Shown: piece by piece, positions 40,975-51,593 of the stretch
Layout of the letters: the number at the start of each line of letters is the position of its first letter
How positions within the stretch are numbered: the stretch's first letter is position 1
NCBI RefSeq assembly: GCF_000181795.1
Contig: NW_003526948.1
Location: forward strand, 2,476,331-2,540,330
Length of the DNA: 64,000 nt
Origin: Trichinella spiralis
Taxonomy: Eukaryota
Direction: 5' to 3'
The notes under the pieces: generated by a model
Seen by the model: only the letters and a program-made list of their open reading frames with translations
Told to the model about the DNA's origin: nothing
The model's database searches: none
Position numbers and translations under genes: made by a program

Positions 40975-43900
40975 TTACTGTTGTTGTTGTTGCTGTTGTG
41001 GTTGTTGTTGTGATTGTTGTTGTTGTTGTTGTTGTTGTTGCTCTGGCTGTTGTTGTTGCTGTTGCTGCTGCTGTTGTTCCAACGCTTTGTTGTAAGCATG
41101 TCGACCCATACCGGAACGGGCAACATCTTCCATCAATTTTTCCACTTCCGGCGAACAGCGGACAAAATTGTGCGACCAAAATTTGTACACGGGATTTTGA
41201 ATAATTTCCGTAAATGTCATCAACAATCCCCACGGGTGGGGTCTCAAGGCGGCCAGCCGTTCGAAAAGCACCCTAGTGATTTGTTCTTGTATAGTTTCGG
41301 TGTTCGCTTCCAAAAACAAATACATCAACGCCGAACTGAAGTACAACGTATGCATGTTGGGATAGCGGAGTTGGTTGGCGATGGCGTTGAAAAACAAATA
41401 TCGACCCTCGTTGTCCAAATCGACGGCCAAATTTTGGAATATATCCATGTGGGCGGTGTGGGCAACCGTACTGACGTTGGGGCGTTGGTCGTTGCGCGCG
41501 ATCGCCTGGATCGCCTGGACGCCGACGTACAAGACCAGCGTGTTGACCATCGACACGTTGTATTTGGAACCGGCGTCGTTCGACACTTGCAATTTGCCCC
41601 TCAAACCGGACAAAAAGCCGACCGGTGCGCGATTTTTCAAATACGCGTCCAGTTCGGCTTTGAACGAATAGGACTGCATTTGGTCGTCCAAATTGACCGT
41701 GATTCGAGGACTGACGCTCATTTCGGGCAACAATTCCAACTGAGGTATTGGCAGGTAGGGGTCGGGCAGACGTATAGACCTCGGATATGCGGATATGATC
41801 AAATTGCGCAATTGGACACAATTGGCCGGTATGATGTCGCAGATGGGAAAATGGTAGTCGCACAACAGTTCGGGAAAATCGTGCAACAGAACCAACAGCA
41901 AACGCATCAGACTACGGTAGACGGTCGAGATGGCCTTGTCGAAGATCAAATTGCGCAAAAATGGCGCCAAAAAGCGGAACAAATCCAACAACAACGTCGC
42001 GTACATTTCCCAACACTTCGAATCGGGCGTCGACGAACCGAGCAGACGGCCCAATACCACCCGGTGGCTGACAATTTCCAACCAGGCGAGCACGAACAGC
42101 GGCGCTTCTTCGGGTCGAATCATGTGCATGGTGTTGCAAAAGGACGAGATCAACTGCTGCTGGACGGTCGAGTCGACGTGCAGCGGATCGGGATCGGTCA
42201 TTTGGACAAAAACCGCCGTCAACAGCCGCTGGTAGGGCATGCACTTGAAGTCGTTCCGTCTGGTTTCGAGGTCGTGCACCAGGCCAGCGGTGATCACGCC
42301 CAACAGCCGGATGTAGAGATTGATGCGCACCGCGGGCGGCTTGTCGTCGCTGACGCGGCGTATCGACAGTGTGACGATGGCGACGTAGGCGTCGAGCGTG
42401 TGATAGCAGCGAGTGCGCACCACGTGCATGGGTGCGGAGGTGTCGGCCAACGCCCGGTGGCACAGGTCGATGCACATTTCCATGCAGACGCGGAAAAAGC
42501 GCGCCATCGACTCGTCCGACTTGAACACCATGCAGCTCGACAATTGGACTATTGTGGCATTTTCCGCTTTGTCTACATCTCTGAAATAGGGCGACGTATT
42601 GTACAAGCAAACCCATTCGCGCATGATGCGTTCCATTTTGTCGTGAAAAACGACCGGGTCGTCTTCCATCATCAGCATCATCGGCTGTTGTTGCTGCTGC
42701 AGTTGCTGCTGCGGCTGCTGTTGCTGTAGTTGTTGCTGGGGCTGCTGTAGTTGTTGCTGAGGCTGCTGTAGTTGTTGCTGTTGCTGGGGTTGCTGCAGCT
42801 GTTGCTGTTGTAGTTGATGCTGCTGTAGTTGCTGCTGTTGCAGTTGCTGTTGCTGCAGTTGCTGTTGCTGCTGCTGCAGTTGCTGTTGCTGTAGCTGCTG
42901 CTGCGGATGCAGGTGATGGTGGTGATGATGGTGCATTTCGACGCTACCAGCCGGCAGTTGTGGAGGGTGTTTGGGGTAAAGTTGCTGCGGGTACGCAGCC
43001 TGCGGCGGATACATGTTCCCGGCTACGGCTGCGGCCGCTGCGGCAGCTGCCGCAGCACTAGTTTGGGCGTTGTTGACCATCAACGGCGACTGACCGACGA
43101 TTGGCTGCTGCTGCTGCGGTTGGTGATGGTGGTGGAGGTGCTGGTGGAGATGATGCTGGTGTTGATGTTGTTGTTGCTGCTGCTGGGGCTGCTGCTGGTG
43201 TTGGTGTTGAGGCGGCACGTTTTCGAGGACCAACGTGGTCGGCATGCTGCCGGTCGGCAGCGTGTAGACGATTGCGTTGGTCAGACTGTGCGGCGGCATG
43301 TTACGCAACCGCTCGAACAGAGCGGCCCGTTTGTCGACCACGGCAGCCGGTACGAGTAGTTTGGCCAATGCAGTGATGGTGTTCGAAAAGTCGGTTTCGG
43401 CAGCAACTTGCAACCGTTGCTGGTATTGTTCACCGGTACCGGCGCCGCTGTCGATCAAAAACACGCGCAGCAGCTGTTGAGCAAATTGTACCACCAACGG
43501 CAGCGGTCGACCCTGGCCCCGTTCGTCGAGCCAGGCGGCCATTTGGACGTCATAACCGACTGGACACAAAAGTCGGTGGCGAAGTAAAAAGTCAACGGAA
43601 AAAAGATTGAAGCGGGATTCAATCCGGCATTCGTTCAACGCGTTCAATACAGACCGTTGAACCCAGCGTAATTCGCGGACGACTATCAAGTCGACCACGA
43701 CGAAACGGAACATATCAATCAGGACGAGGCAAAAGTTATGGTCAGCACCGACGACAAAGTTGTCGAAAAATATGCGGACAACTTTGCTGACCAGAGAAGT
43801 GGCAGCGGCGTCGAATTCGTGCGAATTCGCCTCGGCGACGGCGATCGCATCCCGTATGGTCGTCACGGTCGGGTAGACGACGGCGATCGGTTCGACGCCG

Positions 43901-44682
43901 ATATGTTCGACGCGCAACAAACTGTCCACTTTCATCAGCATCAGTTGGAACAGATGCTGCTCGTCCAGCAATAATCTCGAATATGTAGTATTTATCGGTA
44001 CAGTGATGTTCGAGACGTTACCGCCGACAGTCGTCATCATGTTCAACGTCGGCGGTGCCGCGGCGGCGGCGGCGGCGGCAGCGGCAGCAGCGGCGGCAGC
44101 GGCGGCGGTCGTGCCGGAGACGCTGCTGCCGACAATAAGGCCCACACCAGGGAGGCCGGACATAGTACCGTAGTCGGGGGGCGTGGGTCGGAAGCCGGCG
44201 ATCGCGGTGCCCATTTCGGCGTAGATGGCCACTTGGCGTTGGAGTTGCTCGCGCGTGTGCAGCACCCTGGCCGTTCGGCAGGCGATCATGGCGCTCAGGC
44301 TCTCTTCGGTGCCGGTTATGGTCACGCCGGTCACGTCGAGCCAACAGCGACCCTCGCGTCTGGCGGCGACGCGCATCTCGTAGTCGCGACTCAGACGCTT
44401 GTCGATCTCTTCGAGCGCCCGCTCGCAGGCGGCTTTGATCAGAAAGCATTGGGTCATTTCGATGTTGTCGTTGCAGATCATGTCAGCCGCTTCGTCAATC
44501 ATACGGTTCTCTTCGTTGGTGGCGGTTCGCTGGTTGGCGAAAAACGTCTGCTTGAAATAGCCGTGGATGTTGAACGCCAACGGTTCACGGCAAGTCACCA
44601 ACGCCAGGCCCGAAGCCAACGAGCGCAGCATGTTGTGCGCGCACATGCGCATGCGATTTTCGTCGGTTTCCAAAGCGAAATC
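40975..44682 (-). CDS. CNOT1: CNOT1 terminal exon (3708 nt): end of DUF3819, low-complexity linker, NOT1 superfamily domain, C-terminal polyQ
   Basis: Acceptor TATTTCAG|GAT at 44682; continuous ORF matching track ORF 40975..44673; stop TAA at 40977-40975. Confidence 0.96.
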   Translation of the reverse strand, partial: DFALETDENRMRMCAHNMLRSLASGLALVTCREPLAFNIHGYFKQTFFANQRTATNEENRMIDEAADMICNDNIEMTQCFLIKAACERALEEIDKRLSRDYEMRVAARREGRCWLDVTGVTITGTEESLSAMIACRTARVLHTREQLQRQVAIYAEMGTAIAGFRPTPPDYGTMSGLPGVGLIVGSSVSGTTAAAAAAAAAAAAAAAAAPPTLNMMTTVGGNVSNITVPINTTYSRLLLDEQHLFQLMLMKVDSLLRVEHIGVEPIAVVYPTVTTIRDAIAVAEANSHEFDAAATSLVSKVVRIFFDNFVVGADHNFCLVLIDMFRFVVVDLIVVRELRWVQRSVLNALNECRIESRFNLFSVDFLLRHRLLCPVGYDVQMAAWLDERGQGRPLPLVVQFAQQLLRVFLIDSGAGTGEQYQQRLQVAAETDFSNTITALAKLLVPAAVVDKRAALFERLRNMPPHSLTNAIVYTLPTGSMPTTLVLENVPPQHQHQQQPQQQQQQHQHQHHLHQHLHHHHQPQQQQPIVGQSPLMVNNAQTSAAAAAAAAAAVAGNMYPPQAAYPQQLYPKHPPQLPAGSVEMHHHHHHHLHPQQQLQQQQLQQQQQQLQQQQLQQQQLQQHQLQQQQLQQPQQQQQLQQPQQQLQQPQQQLQQQQPQQQLQQQQQPMMLMMEDDPVVFHDKMERIMREWVCLYNTSPYFRDVDKAENATIVQLSSCMVFKSDESMARFFRVCMEMCIDLCHRALADTSAPMHVVRTRCYHTLDAYVAIVTLSIRRVSDDKPPAVRINLYIRLLGVITAGLVHDLETRRNDFKCMPYQRLLTAVFVQMTDPDPLHVDSTVQQQLISSFCNTMHMIRPEEAPLFVLAWLEIVSHRVVLGRLLGSSTPDSKCWEMYATLLLDLFRFLAPFLRNLIFDKAISTVYRSLMRLLLVLLHDFPELLCDYHFPICDIIPANCVQLRNLIISAYPRSIRLPDPYLPIPQLELLPEMSVSPRITVNLDDQMQSYSFKAELDAYLKNRAPVGFLSGLRGKLQVSNDAGSKYNVSMVNTLVLYVGVQAIQAIARNDQRPNVSTVAHTAHMDIFQNLAVDLDNEGRYLFFNAIANQLRYPNMHTLYFSSALMYLFLEANTETIQEQITRVLFERLAALRPHPWGLLMTFTEIIQNPVYKFWSHNFVRCSPEVEKLMEDVARSGMGRHAYNKALEQQQQQQQQQQPEQQQQQQQQQSQQQPQQQQQQQ

Positions 44683-47600
44683 CTGAAATAGGACGAAATG
44701 TCAAAAGCTCATCTCCACACATTTGTTCATCAACTCACCTTGCGTACGATGCATTCGGTCGTGGTCAAGGCGACTTTCAACGCCCGTTCTGTAACTGGCG
44801 TCAACAGTTCTCGAACCGACATTTCAATGGCCGGCTTGACGGCTCTCTTCATGTCCGGATAGAGGTGGAAAAGTTCAATGGACGGGTTGATCATGATGCA
44901 CGAAAGCAGCGTGTTGAAGTCGCCGATGTCGTCGTAGGAGAACCGAGGCAAAGCCGGCAGACTGTTCTCGATCGAACTCAAGCCCGCTTCGGTCATCGAA
45001 AACACTTGCTGTTGGGTAATTGACGACGACGACGACGCTGACGTTGACGTGATCACCGGCGGGGGAGCCACTGGTAACGGTGGAGGAGGAGGAGGAGGAG
45101 GAGGAGGCGGCGGCGGCTGTTCGCGCGGAGGTACTACCACCTCTTGGGTTTCGATTTCCATGCCGAACGACAGCGGCGAGTCGAGATACATGGTGCCCTC
45201 CAGAAGGGTCACGCAGCGCGGGTCGAATTCCGAAGAGCCGCCGAGTTGCGGTTCGGTCATGCACATGTGGATCATGTGCGGGCATCTCAACACGGTGCCG
45301 ACTTTGATCGCCTGAAAGAAAAAAATTTGAACGACAAGCTCCATTTTCATCAAATATCACCACCAATCGGGAGTGTGGGTCATAATATTTCATACAGCTG
45401 TACAAGTAAGTACCTCCAATTCAATTTTCAAATGACGATACAGGACTTCAATTTCGAATTTCAAATTCAACTTCAAACCCTCTTGTTCGTGTATTTCACG
45501 CAAAACGCCAAGAATATTCAACGTCCAAGGACAATTTACGTGAAAAATCTATAAAACAAAAAAAACATCTCTTTTTTTCTACATACAATCAAAATAAAAG
45601 AAAAAGAGACGGTCAAACAAGATAAGAAGAATAAGAATAAGAATAATAACCTTATTGTTGGCGCAAGATTCCAAAACTTTAGCCGTAAATGGGACGACAT
45701 AAATCAACTCCTGTTGACCTTTCCAGAAAGCTTCTACCAACAATGATTTCAAATCCAAGTACTAGGAGAAAAAAGCAATAATAAGAATAATAATAATAAT
45801 AAAACAAAGAAGCTATTGCAAGAAGCAGAGGTCACACATATCATTGCAAATATGGCAGAAAAACAATGATGATTGATCGCGTACCTTGGATAAGATTGGC
45901 TGCTCTTGGCCAATTGTGATCATGCCCAACCAATGACCCAAATTTTTCAACAACATGCGATCGGTAAAATTGGCCAACATCTTATCAGTTCGAAGCAGAA
46001 TCTAAATCCGCACAACACACAGCAATTAGTAGAAATGGACGAAACAAAAGGGGAAATCTGTTTTCTTCATTTTTACTTTGATATTCCTGAACGTTTCTTG
46101 CAGCGTCGCTTCGCTGAAAACTTGCCTCTTGAAAGCGGTCACAAAGCTGCAATACAAATGATGGAAATTCGCTTCGGTGCTGATACGTCGCACCACCAAA
46201 TACTGAGCTAGCCATGGAAAGAAGCTCCGATCCAACAATTCGTGCATTTCCGTTACCTGATAGAAAAAAAAGCAAAAAAAATTAAAAACAAAATTGAAGT
46301 GAAAAAAATAATTCATATACTTACTTTGCTGCTCAAATTGGCCTGACTGAGATTGTTGAACAAAAATGCCACCTTTTCGCGTATGATATCACTCGGTTCC
46401 AACACTTTTGCACTTCCTTGATCGCCGGCGTTCAGCAACGTTTCAATGCTCGATCCAACCAACGATGGCTAAAAATATAAGAAGAGAAGAGTAGGGAGGG
46501 AAAGAAGAAATTAAAATATTCACAATTAAAATATTATCATCAGAACAAAAACTTTTTTTCTTCTACTATATATACTCACTGTTCTCATTTCTGAAGTCGT
46601 AGTTGTAGTCATTGCAATCGTCGGTGTTGTTGTCGATTGAACAGTGGACGAACTAGTGACCATCGACGACGGCGACGGCAGAGCGAGTGTGCTGCTTTCT
46701 GGAACGGGACGCAGAATAAAGCGATTATCGTAAACTCGAAGCGCAGGTTACAACGAATGACAGAAGAGAGAGCAGAAACAATGGAGAAAAACCTACGAGG
46801 CTGAGACAATGGAAACGGGTCATTGCCTTTACTGCCCGCGGCCACGTATTCCCTCAGCATGACCGGAAACTGGGAAAAGTGAGGCACTTGTGACATAATG
46901 GTCAAGCAGTATCGTGGATAATCTTTCAACCGACTTTTGAAGCAACGAAGCATTGTCAGGCCAAATTCGTACAGCTTGGTTCCTGGCCCACGGCGCAACG
47001 ATTCGACCATAATACGCAAACCGAAGAAAAATGTAATACCTCTGAAAAAAAATTTTTTTTTGAAAAAAAAAAATAAATTATTCAAACAGACCAAAACAAA
47101 CACAACTCACGTCACGAGATTATCCCGCAAAACTCCACCAAAAATTTGGCCCGTTTTCATCAATTCTTGTTCAGGATACTCGTTGAAAAAGCGATATTCA
47201 TCGAATAAATTTTTCAACATGCACGAAGCGACCTCCTGAAAAGTAATTTTTAAAAAACAATTAATAAATTATACGAAACTGAAACAAAAAAATTCACTTT
47301 TTCACGTTTATCTTTCGAATCACGACATCGGCGGAGAATTTCCAAAAAATTTTCCACAGTTATCCCGTTAGCATCGGCGTGGGCGTAGACTTGTCTGAAA
47401 TAACCGTTCACTTCTTCTTGCACATCATTGGAGTACATTTGTTGCCCGTCACTTGGAGAAAGATCTGGCAAATTGCTCATCATTTGCATCTGCGTCACTG
47501 CTGAAAAAGAAAATAAAAATCCACAACCAATAATAACGAACAACAAAAGAAGACATAACTTGATCTTATTATATATATATATATATATACATATAAATCA

Positions 47601-50600
47601 TGCTTCTCTTCGAGTTATCGTATTGCTGTTTTGCTCAATTAATACGATCAATACGATGCAGATGAACTTAACAATATTTAAATATATATATATATATTCA
47701 CAGAACAAAATTTCATTCGAAATTACATCCAAATAATTTTACAAGCAAAAAATTACACGACAAAACAACATACATACAATTTTTCAATGAATTAAGTCTA
47801 TTTAAAAAAAATAATTTTTACTAATTTCCCGCTCGATATTTAATTGTATAAACAAAATTCAATTTCCTGCACTTCATCCCGTTTCCGTTGATAAGAATAT
47901 TATCAATATTAATTATGCCGTTTCGGTTTGGCAAAGTTCAACAGAGAGCGAGAGAGAGAGAAGGAAAGAGAGAAGGAGAGAGACAGAGAAAGACGAGAGA
48001 GAGAGAGTCAGAGAAAGAAAGAAAGAAAGCAAAAGGAGGTCACGTGAAGAACAAGAGAGAATGTAAAATTTGCATAAAAGCATGTTGCTGAAAGCGAAAT
48101 CGACTAAAAATCAAACAACTATATAAATGAACAAGCATGAAAAGAGTAGTGCGAAAAGCAAAGGCGGAAAATTTGAAATTAACACAAAAAAAACCGAAGC
48201 CAACAAAAAAAAATAAAAATTCACTTACGCGGTGGTTTACTTGACCCATTCGTATACACGGCTTGAGCAAAACCGGCACCCCAGCCAGAAACCGGTGGCA
48301 ACGCTTTCAAAGGTGCTGAAGTAATTAAAATGAATTATAATTCTCCGTTGGTGCTTTATTTGCATTCATGATTATTATTCTTTTACCTTCTTGAGGGTGC
48401 ATCGGTGCAGGTGGATAATACGGCCGCACCGGTGGTGGATTGCCGTGGTTGAATACCGCCGGACTGAACTGCTGTGGAGGCTGATTCAGAAACGGCGGCG
48501 CACCGTTCGGCGGACCCAAGCCGGCAGCAGCTAACATCGTCGGATCGATGTGCTGCTGCTGCGGATGGTGACCGTGCTGAGGCAGAGGCTGCTGGGCCGG
48601 ATGATAGCCGTGGGACGGCGACGGCGCCAAACTCGGCCCTGGCGCGTACATCGTCTGTCCGTAGCCCACGTTGGCCGTTGGCTTCGGTCCAACGTACAAC
48701 GACTGACCCAACGGAACGGCCGCCGTCGGCTCCACCAGCATCTTGGTGCCCATGGCCAGGCTGTTACTGCCGTTGTTGCTGCTGTAAGCACCGGCACCGC
48801 TGTAAAGCGCAGCTGGACCGACCGGGCTGGGCGCGTTGCGGTTCAAATAGTCGCGCCACTGGTTGATCACCTGAGACAGTTCGTATGCGATCGACGGCGA
48901 TACGAACGCATTCTGCATCGTGGTCAACATCTGATGGACAAAGTCCGGCGGCACCGTCGGTATCGACGTAGCCATGCTGGCGGCCACTTCTGCCTGGCTG
49001 GTCGCAAACATGGCCGGAAAACGTCGCCTCAAGTAAAGCAAAAATACCGACACAAGTTTATCCTGAAAATTTAGCATTTCAACATCCACACATCCAAATT
49101 CCCAAATTGATACAAATACAAATAAACAAACAAACATACACCGTGTTCTTTCAGTTTTTCTGCGCACCATTTATCGACTTTGATCAAATCACGCTTACCG
49201 GCCAAACAAGCCAAATCAATAATAAAATCCAACTGGGCCACATTGAATACTGACGCAAGAGCCTGACAAAACAAACAAACAAACAAACATTATAGAATAA
49301 TATCACACCACAACTTTGTTTAGGCAACGAACAGCGCTTAATGACGGCTTCAAATTTCCCCAACTCAAGTTGTTTATTTACTGCTGTTATTTTTAAACAG
49401 TTATTAAACATTTTTATCAAAATGTTATTTTTTTTTAACTTTCTTTCAAATAATACATTTTAAGCATTGCCCCAGTAAACAGATGAACAACAATTATTAC
49501 GTTCAATTCGTTGGATATATCCAAAATTTTTCCAAGAACAGTCTGATCATCGGGATTTTTCAGATACAAGTCAACCAGTGATTTCAACATGATGTTGCGG
49601 AAAGCATGTTGGTTTTGCAACTAGATGGATAGTATTTTACAAATCAATGCAAACGAAAAACCAACAACAGCTTACTCCTCCGTTCCAGGCGTAATTCATT
49701 ATATGCATGGATGTAGCGGGCGCTGTCAAAAAGGAAGGCATCATTGAATGAAGAATTTCTCGACGGGTTGGCGTAACTGGACTCTGCAAAAATAAAAATC
49801 AAAATCAATGGGCAACAAACACACCAAATATTATCACTTACAGGTATCTGCAGCAGCGTTAAAGCCAAAAGCTCCGGACAATTTTGCAGTGGATAAATGA
49901 AACATTCATTCACGTGTGAAACATCATCCAAACAATCCGCAATTTGAATCAGTATTTCAACCAAATCTAACGACTTCCTAAATAAATAAATTAATCAATT
50001 TCGTTTAATTTTCAAATGCAAATTTTCCGCTGCAAACCAGGTTTCAATATCCTTTGGAATTGGTTCGGTGAAATTAAGCTGTACGTTATCAAATGTAACA
50101 CTACGATAAGGATAGTCTGCGAAACAGAAAACATCGGGATTTTCAAGAATTCTAGCAATCCAAGACAACTGAAAAAAAACATAATACAACATCATTAAAA
50201 AACATATTTCATCAGATATTAAAAGTTTTTCATTCTTACTTGTCCTTCTCGATTTCGCCATAGTTTAAGCAAGACGGAAATAGGAAAATCGGTGTCCTGA
50301 AGTCCAGCCTTCAACGTAGCCGTAAGCATCATAAGCGCGGCTCGATTTCGCACATAAAAATTCGGCATATCGAATTCCGCCACCACATCCAACCAACGAA
50401 AATCTGGTATCTAAATAAATTTTAAAGTAAATTTAAAAAATTCGAGATTTTCTCGTAACAAACCGCTTTTTGCAAGGCTTGGACAAATATAAACGGATGC
50501 CACGAATTAACATCCTGCGCTTCTTCGAACCAATCTTTAGACTACAGCAAAAAGTTTAACAATAAACATCCACGATTTTTAAAACAATTATCCACCTCGA

Positions 50601-50790
50601 CATGCTTTTTCGAGCAATCTTCCAACATATACGCTATAAATTCTGCAACAGAAGTTGGACAAACGCTGTATGCCGGAAATTCATCTTTGATGTAATGAAA
50701 ACACGCTTCCACATCGCTTGTAAATGCGTAACCAATCTGTTTTACGCAAGGAAGAAACGACACAAATTTGGGCTCTCCAGATGAATCCAT
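40975..50790 (-). CDS. CNOT1: CCR4-NOT transcription complex subunit 1 (NOT1 scaffold; nematode let-711/ntl-1), 21 coding exons, ~2494 aa; 5' end uncertain
   Basis: Manually spliced exons, all GT-AG and phase-compatible, total 7485 nt: 50790-50596, 50541-50464, 50410-50240, 50168-50038, 49977-49842, 49783-49676, 49620-49501, 49262-49140, 49062-48387, 48315-48229, 47500-47298, 47235-47111, 47041-46797, 46698-46580, 46468-46325, 46256-46077, 46001-45885, 45761-45651, 45548-45414, 45311-44739, 44682-40975. CNOT1 motifs recognised from memory of the family: [12 protein letters not shown] and [20 protein letters not shown] (N-terminal HEAT); [13 protein letters not shown] (TTP-binding domain); [40 protein letters not shown] and [12 protein letters not shown] (CAF1-binding MIF4G); [36 protein letters not shown] (DUF3819/CNOT9-binding); [29 protein letters not shown] and [13 protein letters not shown] (NOT1 C-terminal domain). 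Confidence 0.96.
42685..42903 (-). repeat. Coding CAG/CAA polyglutamine tract punctuated by Leu/Pro
   Basis: (TGC/TGT)n on the plus strand; translates as [21 protein letters not shown]...[13 protein letters not shown]. Confidence 0.95.
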
Positions 50791-51396
50791 ACTATAAACA
50801 ATACACAATATATAAACATAAATTTAACAAATGAATATCGAAAAACAGAAACTTATAACATTTAACAAGTGAAACAAAAAATAAATCAATACACAAACTG
50901 TTCAAAATAATCAGACAGTCTAGAAATCGTTGACTATCCATTTCAGTAGTGGCACTGTATATTTCCAGTTATTTTTACAGTTAAAACACAACTAAAAATT
51001 GCTTACTTTGTAATGTTTCACACAGCAACGACAAAACTGCGCTCATAGCATAATGCCTCGGCGGGCGTTCAGTGAATCGGCAAATCAGTGATTTAAATAA
51101 AACAACAAAATTCTATAAAATATTATACATGAAAATGAGTTAAAAATTTTCAACTGTACTTGCCTGAACAGTAGGAATGGAAAACGAGGAAACAATTATT
51201 TACAAATATAACCTGATTGCAAGGAATAAAACGCTACAAGCCTGGCACAGCTGATACAGCACCGGTCACGACAGCATCGTTTCACTTCTGAAATTCAACA
51301 CATTGTTAACTGTTAACGTTAATACACGGTTAAAAACGAAAAAAGAACATTTAAACCTTAAATATCACTTCCATTCACATTAAAAATTTCACTTCA

Positions 51397-51593
51397 ACCA
51401 AAACGCAGAAACTCGAAGTTTGAAATTAAAATCACACGATAAGAAGGCTTATGATAAAAGTAAACAGGCAATCTCATGTGAAGTCAAAAGCATTTACCAA
51501 AACGCAGAAACTCGAAGTTTGAAATTAAAATCACACTATAAGAAGGCTTGTGGTAAAAGTAAACAGGCAATATCATGTGAAGTCAAAAGCATT
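51397..51593. repeat. Tandem duplication, 2 x 99 bp
   Basis: Unit ACCAAAACGCAGAAACTCGAAGTTTG...GTGAAGTCAAAAGCATT starts at 51397 and 51496; I count 4 substitutions between copies. Confidence 0.95.

Noticed and set aside
41014..45554. Long plus-strand and alternate-frame ORFs (571 aa at 41014..42729, 234 aa, 196 aa, 176 aa and others)
   Set aside because: Shadow ORFs of the GC-rich CNOT1 exons; their poly-Leu, poly-Val and poly-Gly runs are reverse or shifted readings of the polyQ and polyP codons.
48474..49074. Overlapping ORFs of 130, 88 and 174 aa
   Set aside because: Shadows of the GC-rich CNOT1 exon 49062-48387.
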